A stretch of 64,000 nt of DNA from Podarcis cretensis (taxonomy: Eukaryota). The notes under the pieces were generated by a model that was given only the letters and a program-made list of their open reading frames with translations, ran no database searches and had not been told where the DNA came from. Position 1 is the first letter of the stretch. The number at the start of each line of letters is the position of its first letter. Shown in pieces: positions 25,580 to 37,660 of this stretch. The stretch is taken from NCBI GenBank assembly GCA_951804945.1, contig OX638154.1:69998001-70062000 (forward strand), in the 5' to 3' direction. The translations under genes were made by a program, and so were the position numbers.

Positions 25580-25940
25580 GTATGCGGGTGGCGGTGTGGT
25601 CTAAACCACTGAGCCTAGGTCTTGCCGATCAGAAGGTCGGCGGTTCAAATCCCTGCGATGGGGTGAGCTCCCGTTGCTAGGTCCCAGCTCCTGCCAACCT
25701 AGCAGTTTGAAAGCACGTCAAAGTGCAAGTAGATAAATAGGTACCCTTCCGGCAGGAAGGTAAACAGTGTTTCCGTGTGCTGCTCTGGTTTCTCCAGAGG
25801 CGGCTTAGTCATGCTGGCCACATAACCCGGAAAAACTGTCTGCGGACAAACGTCAGCTCCCTTGGCCAGTAAAGCGAGATGGGTGCCGCAACCCCAGAGC
25901 CGTTCGTGACTGGACTTACCTGTCAGGGGTCCTTTACCTT
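25580..25940 (+). mobile_element. Sauria SINE, full length
   Basis: tRNA-like head (GGTGGCGGTGTGG A box, GGTTCAAATCC B box), CCTTTA tail, 15-bp TSD TACCATACATAGCAG at 25565-25579 and 25941-25955. Confidence 0.95.
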
Positions 25941-25952
25941 TACCATACATAG

Positions 25953-26088
25953 CAGCCTTCTTCTGCCTGGTGCCTTCCATATCTGTTGGACTAAAACTCC
26001 CATCACCCAGTCCCATTTGCCATGGTGACTGGGGCTGATGGGAGTTGTGGTCCAAAACACATGGAAGCCACCAGTTTGAGGGAAGATC
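25953..26088. mobile_element. Palindromic hAT-like MITE, degenerate
   Basis: Arms TGGACTAAAACTCCCATCA / TGATGGGAGTTGTGGTCCA. Same family as 35636-35771. Confidence 0.7.
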
Positions 26089-28185
26089 ATTCCATTATTA
26101 ACTGCACTGCACTTGTGAAATTAATTTCACAAAATGGTTGTGTTGAAGGCCTCTGGGAAGTTAACTTCTAGAACTAGAAATACGGTATAGTTTTCTTTAA
26201 AAACTACAGATTTCTAAACTTTTCTGGCGGGTCTTGCTATTTTTTAATTGCTTTGCAACATTTTCTATTTTCTGCATTCTTAAAAATTAATTACCTTGTT
26301 GAATAGTGTTTCACAATAAACTTGAATAATGAATGCCTTGGTCTTTGGTAGAAGGACAAAGTTGCTTCTGTTGCCCTTCAATAGCATATTCTACCCTATT
26401 TTAATTAGCCCCACCCCAGTACAGCTGGAAAGAAAGAAAAATGGTTTGTGCATAACTTTGGTTAATTTAATGGACCTCAAACTGCAAAATATGGAACAAA
26501 AATACTTGGGCAAAGTCTGGACCGTAGACAATTGGTGGTTTATGTGCACAAAAGTAATTAAGATGCACACTGGTTCGATGTTGGAAGGAATGGAAACTCA
26601 TTGCCAAGACCATTATTGATTGTTGCAAGATGAATAAATTTTTAGAGCTGAACAGAACATTTGCCAGTGTATTTGCATAGTTAAATGGGCCTGTTTAGCT
26701 GAAAGTATTTAGAAATGTGACCAGCACAGTAGCTTGTCTCCAGTTCCAAAAATGAAACAAGACAAAAAATAAATCTGTTGTTGCAGAAATATTGGCTCAT
26801 AGATGGTTAAAAATATAATTTTGGAAATAAAAGAGATTACATATGTGTGAAGACTCTCTCCTTAGTTGGAGATGTACATTAGGACACCTTAGCCATGTAT
26901 AGAATGTCCTTAGCTATGTACAGAATGTCCACATAAGGTTAATTACTTTTCCAGTTCATTTCCACAGAGGGAACTGATTCAGGAAGCTCATCAGATAAGC
27001 TCTGAAACAGAACTTACCCTCCACCCCCGTTTATAAGCAAAAAGGTGTTATTTTTAATATTTTTGCTAATTTTCTTTTTATTGTTTGGTTATTTTCTTTT
27101 TTATACTTTTGCATGTTTTGTGATGGTTCTTGAAAGCTGGCAGTGTGTTGAGATAAGGGCAGCAGTGTTTTAAATAAGCAAAATCTATGATAATCTTCAA
27201 AAGCAGATGTGCAAATGATGCTTTAGGCTTTCTGTGCTTTTAGGCAATCTATGGAGGAAGACCTTGCACCTTTCTCCCCACAGGAAGAGCACAGGTTGGA
27301 CATGCATTTTGAAATGTAACACACATCATAGTGGAGATGTGTATATTCCTCCTTTGTAGCGCATAGTTTGTAAACTTCCTTTAAAAATCTGCTTTCCACA
27401 ACTACTAAGAATGTTCGTATGGCTGCCAGCTTGTACTGCATATTTTTGGAAGTAAAGTGTCCTGAACAAAATTACTTGCAAATAGAAACATCTGAGATCA
27501 TATTGTGTGAAAATTAGCACATGAGCATTAATCTGTGTTCATACCATTTCAGTTTTAAAGAGTAGGAGCGAATTGAGGCCTCTTGGCCACAAGCCTCATA
27601 TTCGCCAACTAGTCAGACCCTATGTGTGTCCTGATAATTCTGTGGGAAAGCTTAAATGTAACATTCCGGATTTTGTTTTCACAGTGTTAGTTTTGGTCTT
27701 TTTATCATATACTACAGAGGTCACTGTGGTCTGCTCTTGGAATGTTATGGCATAGCTAGCTGTAAACTTAGAATAAACATTTACAGTGCTAATCATATGC
27801 TGTGTAGTTTTGCTTAGAAAATCTGAAGACAAAAATAGCTACTTCAGGTCAAGAAACATTGACTGAACTCTTGACCAAATGTGTGCATTTTTAAAAATAA
27901 ATCCAAAAGTCTTTTTGAGGTAAAGTATATTGACACATGGCGAAGTTGCGGAAAACAGAGTAATAAGAGCTGGCATATAAAATGTTAGATCCATTTTAGT
28001 ATCTTATTAGAGCTTAGGTTTATTGAGCAGCGAATCATTTAAAAGCTGCCCCCACCCCTGTCTCCTGCATCCTGTAAAAACAGACTCCCTCAAACCAAAT
28101 ATCAGCTAGGAGTTTTGCAGTGCAATGGCAACTCTTGCAAATGACAATGCAACAGATGGCACCTTTAATATTATACACTGTAAAC

Positions 28186-28290
28186 CAGCCTTTGCCAGAT
28201 GTTTTCGACTGCAATTTCCATTGGCCCCAGCCAGCACCACCATGTTGGGAGTTGTAGCCCAAAACTGTTTGGCGAGTATCAGGCTGCCGT
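28186..28290. mobile_element. Degenerate copy of the palindromic hAT-like MITE family
   Basis: GATGTTTTCGACTGCAATTTCCAT...TGGGAGTTGTAGCCCAAAAC core. Confidence 0.5.
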
Positions 28291-30629
28291 AAACACTTCA
28301 CTGGGATATTGAAATGCTTAAGCCAGCGTGGAAATGTTTAAATAACTAGCTGCATTTTTAATACCTCTATGTCATCTCGTGTGGTGTGTGGGAACTGATT
28401 TTTAGAAGTCCCAGTGCATGCAGGTACATTTCCGCTGGGTCAACATTATAAGGTGATGTTAAGAAATTGCTGCAGGTGCACTCTGACTGCTACCCAGGTG
28501 TATCTTAGCTGCTGTTTCTGTTCCGCCACAATGTGACATTGCTAATGATCAGAGAGAAGACCCTTGTACCAGCTGCTTGCATTTGTCTAGACCTGCAACC
28601 CACTCTTCTTACACCCAACCTCCCCCGGGATCCCATAAGCAAGGCCTAGATAGCTGCACTATGCTGCATCTTGCAGACAGCTTTTGTGGCTCACGGCTTC
28701 AGCGGATCTTCTATCTTCCTTTGCAACAATAAGAAAGTGGACACCACACCTCCATCATCTTTGCCTTCATTGCTCTGCTACAAGCCTCTCTTTATCCTGC
28801 TCAGGGTGTTCCTGTTTGTACAGTGACCCTTAGCAGCTGACATAGACAGGTCAGCACCTGTATTCATTGCCAGGTAGCTGCATGTGTATTTGTGTCCTTC
28901 TGTTCTCTTCATGCATGCCATGCTGTGTGACAAGTCACTCTGGTGTATCTGAAAGGACCATTATATGTCACATGGTTCTTGTAAAATGTTCAGCGTTATA
29001 ACCCAGGTGCTTTGAAACCGTAAAATACTGCCATCGTCGTTGGTTCAAATTCAAATCAATTTACAGTTCCACTTTAATTGATTTCAGTTCTGAACAGGCT
29101 TAGAATATTCTGCTTGTTGTAAGGTTAATGTTTTCAATTTGTTTGTCGTTCTGCTGCCTCTTCCATAGACTTTCCTTGACAGTTTTGTTTGTTTGTCCTT
29201 GCCTAATAATATTACTGTTATTTTGACTCCTTTGTTACGAAGGTATTGCTTTCATTCAGTATTTAACCCTTGGAAAGTCCTTTGTATTTCCACCCTTGTA
29301 GTTAGGATCCCCTTCCTTTAACTCTCAGGTTTTAGCTACAAATGAGTAGGTAAAGGGTTGCTTTTAAAGTGGAAACATTGCAAACTGGCTACTTGTGTGG
29401 GGGGTGATGGTTTTTGTTGTTGTTGATTCCCTTGCCCAGTGCTACAGACTGCCAAAAATTGCCTTCACTGTTCCCACCTGTGGGAGTGTCTAATTCACAG
29501 AGAAGGAACTCCACTGTAAACAGAAGGAATCCCTATTGCAGGGACAACTATTTAAATGTCACAAATTACGCTCCCTCTCTCTCTCTCTCTCTGAGGAAAT
29601 CAGTGGTCAGAGGGCTACTTTAAAAGCCGTCACAAAGAAGCTGGCTCCAGTTCTGACTTGGCAATCACTATCACACAGCCCACATCTAAAATTCCTTGTA
29701 GGGCAGGATCAGCAGTTTTCATTCACTACCTTTTAAGCTGCTTTGTTATCCTGACAGTGAGAATAACAAAGTGAGAAAAGCCTCATGGTTCTGAATGGGG
29801 TTTGCTTTGTCAGAGTTCTTTGAAAGTCAGCCTGCAAGTTACTTACAGCTGTGTTCATTTGTTTTGTGTTAATGCATGTGCAACATCAGCAGTATTTTAG
29901 CTGCCCAGTTATAGAAACTCACTCTCCCACCTGACCTGCCATTTTTTGTCCCTTTTCAGTAGTCAGTGTAAAAGTCCTACTAAGGCAACACCCGTGGCTT
30001 TAATGTGAACTACAGAACTCCAGGTCTGATCCTGAGTGGTGTTTTTATAATGCTGTACCTCCTCTCCCCTAATATACAAGTTTCCCTGAGAAAGTGAATA
30101 ACAGCAGCCAGTTCTAGACAGTGGAAACTTAGGGGAAAGGCTTATTACATAGGAGCGCGGGTGTGACTTCAAAAAGCTTCAGCTCTAGCAACTTGCATAT
30201 GGAAATTGAGCACCGGAATACAGAATATACCTTGTCATCACCATGTAAGACTATAGTAGATTTCATTATGCAGCACTGAATAATAGCTTGATTTAAAGCA
30301 TTAATAAACTCTACATATGCACTTTCTTGCTGTGGGAATCCAGGATTCTAATTTAGTGAAATGCCAGAACAGGTCTTTTGTGTTCAGTCTGAGGAGTGCT
30401 ATGTGCAAATTCTAAATTATGCCCAGACGTATATATTACACCGTTTACTAACTCTAATTATAAAACTGGTTCATTGTTATTTTTTTAAGTATCCTAACAA
30501 CTTCATACAAAATGAACTCCTCATATTTATTGGCCTCATTTTTGGGGGAGAGGAGGGGAGGGGATGCAATAAGGGTGACTAAATTTAAAATGCTAATATC
30601 AGCAACTGTGATCAGTTGTGTTCTGAATT

Positions 30630-31200
30630 GGAAAATAATGATGGGCTCAGTGATTGGCTACACAAGGGCCAATAGGCTGAATACTAGTAAGACACAGGCT
30701 CTATGGATTGGTAGACTTTTGTCCCAGGTACTGAGCGACAGCCCAAACTAGATGTGGGTAACACACATTCCCTTCACAGAGCAGGGAAGGCTTCTTTGTC
30801 ACTGGATACCCAGGTGGTTCGGTGGCATTGAGTGCCTGTTTCCAGCTACATCCATTCCTAAAAGGAGACAGACAGCTTTGTCACAGCAATCCATCTTCTG
30901 GAAAACACCTGATGGATTACTCTTCTGCCTGCTACATGGGGCTGCCCTCAAAGACAGTATGGAAGCTGCAGCTTGTTCATAATGCAGCTGCCAGAATTAG
31001 AAGTGGTCCAGCCCAGCAGAAACATGTTTGCATTGGCTGAAGGAGCTGCATTGCATTGGTTGCTTATTTGCTTCCCATTTCTATTCAATTCTAGTGATAA
31101 TCCTGAATAATCAGGGACCTGGGCACTTTAAGAAGCATTTCTCCCTGTATCCTCCTGAATGCATATTCAGATTTTCTGCAGATGCCTTCCTTGATGCCCC
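30630..31200 (+). mobile_element. Degenerate L2-clade LINE ORF2 3' fragment
   Basis: ORF 30822-31040 contains LMDYSSACYMGLPSKTVWKLQLVHNAAARIRSG, matching the L2 post-RT motif RLDYCNALY.GLP.K...KLQ.VQNAAAR. Upstream NRLNTSKTQALWIG resembles the LN..KT motif, and downstream LKELH resembles L..LHWLP. Frameshifted. Confidence 0.8.
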
Positions 31201-34200
31201 AACTCACATTAAATTATTTGAACAGCTGGAAATTGTGCAAATAAATAAATGAAAGATCCCTGTAAATCCTGCCAAGTGCTCCTCGTAAACAGAGGTCCTG
31301 TGCTGGACTGTGCCCCAAAAGTTAGGTGGCCGACCATGGAAAGCATTCCTTCTGTGTAAACAGTTTGAAAATTGCTGCACTATGGCGATTCAGATAGCTT
31401 TTTGTTAATTTGCCTTCCACCCATGTTAGGGTGGTGTCAGCTGAACCAAGTTAAGTTTTCAAAGCATGTTCTCCCCCACCCCAGCTCCAGATGTTGTATA
31501 ATAGAGATTACCAGGCTCCCACAGTTTTGCTTACTAGCTTTGCTGGTCCAGAACCGTGAATGACTGGCAGAAATTTTGTGTCCGTTGCTATTTTCCCACT
31601 TGACTCCAAGGTTGAGAGCAGCCCAGGGTTGTTCGGCAGCTGTGCAGCCAAAGTGTCTGGAATGCCTCTGCTACATAGAGCAAGCTGGCATGGTTTGCAC
31701 CACCTAGCAACACCCCTGCACCTATTCCTTTGTCCAGCTCAGGAAATAAAGTCAGGGTGTTTCCTTGTAAGCTGCTTAACTGAAGTGCCCAGAAGGCCTC
31801 AGTCACACACAGCAAACCTGGCAGGGAACAGTAAGGTCAGAAGCCAAGCAACCAAAGATTTTGGCTTGCCTATTAGAGCTAGTAAAAACCATTTTCCAAC
31901 CTCAGCAGACCCTTGGGCGTTACATTCTCCGCTGCCCTGCATGTACAGAGCAGCTTGTCACATTTAAAAACTTGGTTCATGGTAGGGAAACCAGAACCCC
32001 ACATGACATTTCACATGGTAGTGCTGACATTCCAGTCGATGCCCTTGGAACTTGCAGTGTGACACCTGGTGTCCAAAATGTCAATTCTCCCCAGTCTTGG
32101 AGTGCTTTTAAAGTGCATATGGGCCTTGTTGGAGATGTTTCTCAGCTGAAAGCAGCCATCAGTGTGGAGGCAAGTAGGGGAGGGGGGGAAGGGATGCTTA
32201 AATCTACTTACATCCTGGCTTAATGCCGAAAGCTTCTTTCTTTTCAAGCAGCTGGTTTCCCTTGGCTAAGAGTGGCTTTGGCCTCAGCCGTGAATAGTTC
32301 AAAGCCTAGTATGGCTAATAGGTTCCGACCTCTCTGTCAGCTGTCACACATTGGCACTGGTTGTAAGTTTATGCCAGACAATGATATTTCCTTGTGTTGC
32401 AATCCTTTTTGTTGTTGCTGGTTTTTGGAAACGAAGAAGCGGTTCAAAACATTCTGTGCGTATATTGTGTTTCCTAGAAGATCCAGCCTTGTTCACGTAC
32501 AAAATAACATTTGACTTGGACACGGCATACAAGTTTGGGTACGTAAATAACATCCAACTCTGGATATCCCTGGCACCTATTCAGTACCCATAAAAGCACA
32601 GCAGAATTATTTTGTCATTTCAGCCCTTTTGATTAGGAAGCAATATATGAAACTAAAGTAAATTAATGAAACAGAGCTTGTTGGCATCTCATTTTTCGAC
32701 CTCATTTTATGATGGGGCATGCTTGGCGGTCTGTGGCATTCCATTGTCCAGAGCGGCAGGCGTTGGCCTTCTTTTGGCAGTGCTGAGCTGGGAGGTTTAT
32801 GCAGTGCATGCCAATAATTAGTGTTCTTGGTTCCTGCCAATCTTACATGGGGGCCCTCATTTCTGAACTTTCAGGACCTGTCAACTAGGATTTATACTTT
32901 TCAAATCCCTGATGAGAAATATTAACTTCTTTGATTTTTTAGAAACTTTCAAGGAACGTGCATGCACAGGCAGTAATTTATTCTGAAACTAAATCCTATC
33001 ATACAACCTAGGGCTGTACTTCTCAAAAAGTGTTCAAATGTCATTGATCTTGGTGAGAGGACGCTAGAAAGTGGCATTACAACCACGGTTGTGATAGCAC
33101 AACCAAGTCCTGCTTTCGTATCAGTTACATTAAAATAAAGGAGATTGCATCTAGAAGTAGTGTGGTGAATCGGTCAGAGCATTAATAAGGTTTGTCGCTC
33201 AAAAAATAATCAGAAATGTATTTCTGCCTCTGCAAAAGAAGGAAACATGTTTGCAAAGTCTGACTAGAAACACTAGTCAGTGTTGCATGTGACTATGTAA
33301 TTTGCTTTTTCTTTCAGCTATTTGGAACACTGCCATACTGGAAAATAATAGTTCTACCTAGCATATATTTTCATTCTGGAGCCGCTATGTAGTAATACCC
33401 TTCATTGTTGTCATAAGCTAAAATCACCAATCAAATGATAAAGGTATAATTTATGCTAAACTGGTGCTTGGGTCTAGAAGCTCTTTCAGAGAGCTTCAGT
33501 AGAGACTGCTTTTATAAGTATGGCTATATAAAATGCTTATTAATGGCAGCAGATGTTGCACTTTAATCCCTTAAAATGATTGTTTGGTAGCAGCAGGAGA
33601 TTTATTAAGCCTGAGTTGTGTGAAATTGTGTGTGCATAAGCTGCTATTTAGATTGTAAAAATGCCATTGAAAACTGTTAAAAAAGTTCTGCCTGTAATTG
33701 GCAGAGAGGTATTAGTTCTTCCCAAAGAAGTCTATGTGTACTCTTGGCCCTTGTGCTCCAACCTCTTTATCATTTATCTTCTTGTATTAATGTCACTGAA
33801 TTATTAATTTATACATTGGGTTGGATGGGGTGAAGGCACCATTTAAATGTGTGGCAAATGTATCCTTATCGCAGGAGACATGAAAGGAGTCATTTTGTGT
33901 TATCTGCAAAATGGAAAGGACATTTTAAAATTTCATTTACAGTAATCGACTTCTCTTCCAGTAAAACACCTAGATTATTGCTACCATAATATAATGCTCT
34001 TATTAAAATTTTGTAATCTTCTTCACTCTTTTCACTTATAAATAAGGTTGATGGACAAATTCTGGCTTCATTTGTGCGGTTTTTACTGTACGCTTTTACT
34101 ATCTGATAATCACCGGGCAAATTGAGTGTGCTGTTAATTGTGGTTCAAAAATGTAATTCGTATTAGTTGCATGTGTGTAGCAAGCGAGGCCAAAATTATG

Positions 34201-35635
34201 AGCATAATTATCAGGGCAGGCGCTAGGAATTTACAGAATGAATATTGCATGCTGTGAAATAGCTATCTCTAAAAAGCAAGGTCATCAAATGACAATCATC
34301 ATCAAATTCTGTAGGATTTTGTGTGTGAAAATCATGATATGAATTAAATTTCAAAAGGTGAATAATTAATGTGGCAACAGAAATATATGAGGATTTGAAT
34401 ATGTTCACAATTGGCAAGACAATGCTTAAGGTGAATATACTACCAGGGTTTCACTTGATGTTCAACAGGGAATTTTGAGCTAAGAGTTTCAAAGCTGGTT
34501 TGAAGTATGGGCGTGCAGGAAAAGGCTTTGAATACATAGGGAAGGCTAGTATATGTAGAAGAAACTTTGGAAAGCTACCCAGAATGTGCCCATCATCATA
34601 AACTCTGTGTATAAGTGAGAAAGAGTGCCAAAGAGGTTCAAAATGAAGTTGCTGGAGCTTTTTCTGTAGTTTTGTAAGTTGTCTTGGAGAGAGATCAATT
34701 TCTGGAAAACTTTTGTTCAATCAAAATCAGTTTAGAGGGAAGCTCTAGGTGTGTATCAATGTACTTGTTCATCAGCTCAAATATTTTTGGCTGCACAACG
34801 GAAGTTTCCCCCCATCTTCTGTGCAAGCCCCCTAAATCTGTTCCAGGGTTCCCTCCAGAGGAAATATGGGAGGGGCATGTAGCATACGTTGGGATAAGGG
34901 CTGTTGCACAAATGGAATGTGTGCATTGGATACCTTCCTCATTTCCCGTGTGCTACACTTCTACCCAGTGTTTGAAACTCCCATTGTCCTAGGCACATTT
35001 TGCAACAGGGAATTTCATTAGCGCGAGCAGTTTCTGAGCTCTGGGCGCAGTACTGTGCCTAAGATTTCAGATTAAAACTGCAGAGTGGAAGGTAAGGAGG
35101 ACCCTTTTCTGCCTCCCCACTTCCAGCTGCTCTCTGAAGACTGGAGAAGAGACCCTATTAAGAATATTAGGGGTGTGGGCAGGGGAGGACTAGACCATAT
35201 GAAAAATGAACGTCATATTTTAGCTGAAGTTCATTCATTTTCAGCTTTGTATTCTTGTTATAAAAAAGCGTGGCTAGACAATTCCGTTGTTGTGCCCATA
35301 ACCTAGGTCTAAGGTGCCATTTAGCTCCTAGCTTTCATATCTCTTAATTTCTAACACTGCTTCTACCTTTTTCCACTCTGTCATCTAAAGCTGATGGATT
35401 TTAGCATCCAAAGAGAAAATGTAGAACAGTAGTCCCAATTCACCCCTCACTGAATGTTTTTATTTTAAAAAGAACAGCAACATAAACATGTGTGGTTTGG
35501 AAGCAGAGATAGTCCCCCATCTTGAATCACGCTCTGAAACATTTGCCTCACGCTTTGCCATAATATTTCAAATAATATTTGACAGGTTCTAAAAGCAGCA
35601 GACAAAAACCCTACCTCCTTTCAACTGTATAAGGA

Positions 35636-35771
35636 CAGGGTTTCCCAAACTTTGGTCTCCATCTGTTTTTGGACTACAACTCCCATCATCCCTAGCTAGC
35701 AGGACCAGTGGTCAGGGATGATGGGAACTGTCGCCCCAAAACAGCTGGAGACCCAAGTTTGGGAATCTCTG
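35636..35771. mobile_element. Palindromic hAT-like MITE, well preserved
   Basis: ~58-nt inverted arms (CAGGGTTTCCCAAACTT...CCCATCATCCCT / AGGGATGATGGG...AAGTTTGGGAATCTCTG) around a 20-nt spacer. CAG..CTG termini. GTATAAG on both flanks (35627-33, 35772-78) as an imperfect TSD. Confidence 0.8.
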
Positions 35772-36097
35772 GTATAAGCTAGCCAACACAGTCACAGGGA
35801 TAAGAAATGCATTAACACTTTGATGTCTGGTTGAAGAGGCAAGTCTTTGGCACTGGAAAAAAGCTCACTTTGGGTGTTGGGCAGGTCTCCTTGGAGAGAG
35901 GATCCCACCAGTGTGTGTATGGTGGGAAGGGAGCCCCTAAAACACAGTATTGTTCCCCCTAATTGTTGGAGTACAGCTCTCATCATCCCTGACTATTGGT
36001 CATGTTGGAGGGCCACAGTTTGCTGCTCCTGATAGATAACAGTGAGCCAGATGGAAAATGTTTTGATGCAGCAGCCTTTGTTCCTTCATTACTATCC

Positions 36098-36465
36098 GGG
36101 AGGCGGGTGGCGCTGTGGCCTAAACCACTGAGCCTCTTGGGCTTGCCTATCATAAGGTTAGCAGTTGGAATCTGTGTGATGGAGTGAGCTCCCATTGCTT
36201 TGTTCCAACTCTTGCCAACTAAGCAATTCAAAAGCATACCAGCACAAGTAGATAAATAGGTACCGCTGTGGCGGGAAGATAAACGGTGTTTCCATGTGCT
36301 CTGGCACTCATCGCAGTGTCACGTTGCACCAGAAGCGGTTTACTCATGCTGGCCACATGACCTTGAAAAAAGCTGCAGACAAACGCCGGTTCCCTCAGTC
36401 TGAAAGCGGAGATGAGCACTGCACCCCATAGTCTAATGGAGTAACTGTCCATGGGTCCTTTACCT
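36098..36465 (+). mobile_element. Sauria SINE, full length, older/diverged subfamily
   Basis: Head GGGAGGCGGGTGGCGCTGTGG, conserved AAGTAGATAAATAGGTACCGC core, CCTTTA tail, TSD TTACTATCC at 36089-97 and 36466-74. Confidence 0.92.
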
Positions 36466-36660
36466 TTACTATCCCGAGGGAACAAATAATATTGCAGGAT
36501 TAAGATTAATAAGTATAGCAGCGTGGGCAAAGTCACTATAGATTTCAGTGAGGCCCCCTGAAGTTAGAGTAACTTCTGCATGTCGCCCAAATTCTATCCT
36601 AATTGGCAGCAGTGCTGTTATTGCATGGGGCTAATTTAATGAAGCAGTATATCCAAAGCA

Positions 36661-37036
36661 GGGACGCAGGTGGCGCTGTGGGTTAAAGCCTCAGCGCCTA
36701 GGGCTTGCCGATCGAAAGGTCGGCGGTTCGAATCCCTGCGGCGGGGTGCGCTCCCGCTGCTCGGTCCCAGCGCCTGCCAACCTAGCAGTTCGAAAGCACC
36801 TCCGGGTGCAAGTAGATAAATAGGGACCGCTTACCAGCGGGAAGGTAAACGGCGTTTCCATGTGCGGCTCTGGCTCTGGCTCTGGCTCTGGCCAGAGCAG
36901 CGATGTCACGCTGGCCACGTGACCCGGAAGTGTCTCCGGACAGCGCTGGCCCCTGGCCTCTTAAGTGAGATGGGCGCACAACCCCAGAGTCTGTCAAGAC
37001 TGGCCCGTACGGGCAGGGGTACCTTTACCTTTACTT
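36661..37036 (+). mobile_element. Sauria SINE, full length, young CpG-rich subfamily
   Basis: Intact A box and B box (GGTTCGAATCC), (ACCTTT)n tail, perfect 13-bp TSD TATATCCAAAGCA at 36648-60 and 37037-49, internal (GGCTCT)4. Confidence 0.96.
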
Positions 37037-37074
37037 TATATCCAAAGCACTTCACATCTGTCCTGAACTAGCCA

Positions 37075-37262
37075 TGATGGCTTTGCTCTGCCTCCATAGC
37101 AAGAGGCAGCAATACGTCTGAGTACCGTTTGCCGAAATCCACAGAAGGAATCTTGTACTTGATTCCTGCTTATGGGTTTCCCACAGGTATCTGGTTGGCC
37201 ACTGTGAGAACAGGATTCTGGACTAGATGGGCCATTGGCCTGATCCAGCAGGTCGTTCTTAT
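37075..37262 (+). mobile_element. CR1-type LINE 3' end fragment
   Basis: CTGGTTGGCCACTGTGAGAACAGGA..CTGGACTAGATGGGCCATTGGCCTGATCCAGCAGG..TTCTTAT resembles squamate CR1 3' termini (from recall). Confidence 0.65.
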
Positions 37263-37406
37263 TTGGGTATAATCATTACAACAACCGTGCAAGTTAAGTT
37301 TTTTACTCTCCATGTTTCAGATGCTGGGCCCATAGGCACTGACTGAGGGGTTGAGGCAATTTTGGACACCCAGATATATTTGTGAGGGGGCCAGGCCACC
37401 TCAGTA

Positions 37407-37660
37407 CAGTCATACCTTGGGATAAATACGCTTCAGGATAAGTATTTTCGGTTTGTGCTCCGCGGCGACCTGGAAGTAACGGAGCGCGTTACTTCCGGGT
37501 TTCGCCGCTTGCGCATGCACAGACGGTCAAAATGACATCACACACATGCGCGGGAGTGGCAAAACACGGCACACACAGATGCGCTGTCGCGTCTTACGTT
37601 CTGTTCAGGATGTGAACGGGGCTCTGGAACGGATCCCGTTCACATCCCGAGGTACCACTG
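37407..37660. mobile_element. Non-autonomous Tc1/mariner-superfamily (Tigger/pogo-like) MITE
   Basis: TIRs CAGTCATACCTTGGGAT / ATCCCGAGGTACCACTG (3 mismatches in 17), TA on both sides (37405-06, 37661-62), CpG-rich interior. Confidence 0.85.

Noticed and set aside
31560-32593. Cluster of 70-135 aa ORFs
   Set aside because: No recognisable homology or splice-bounded exon structure; consistent with random intronic ORFs.
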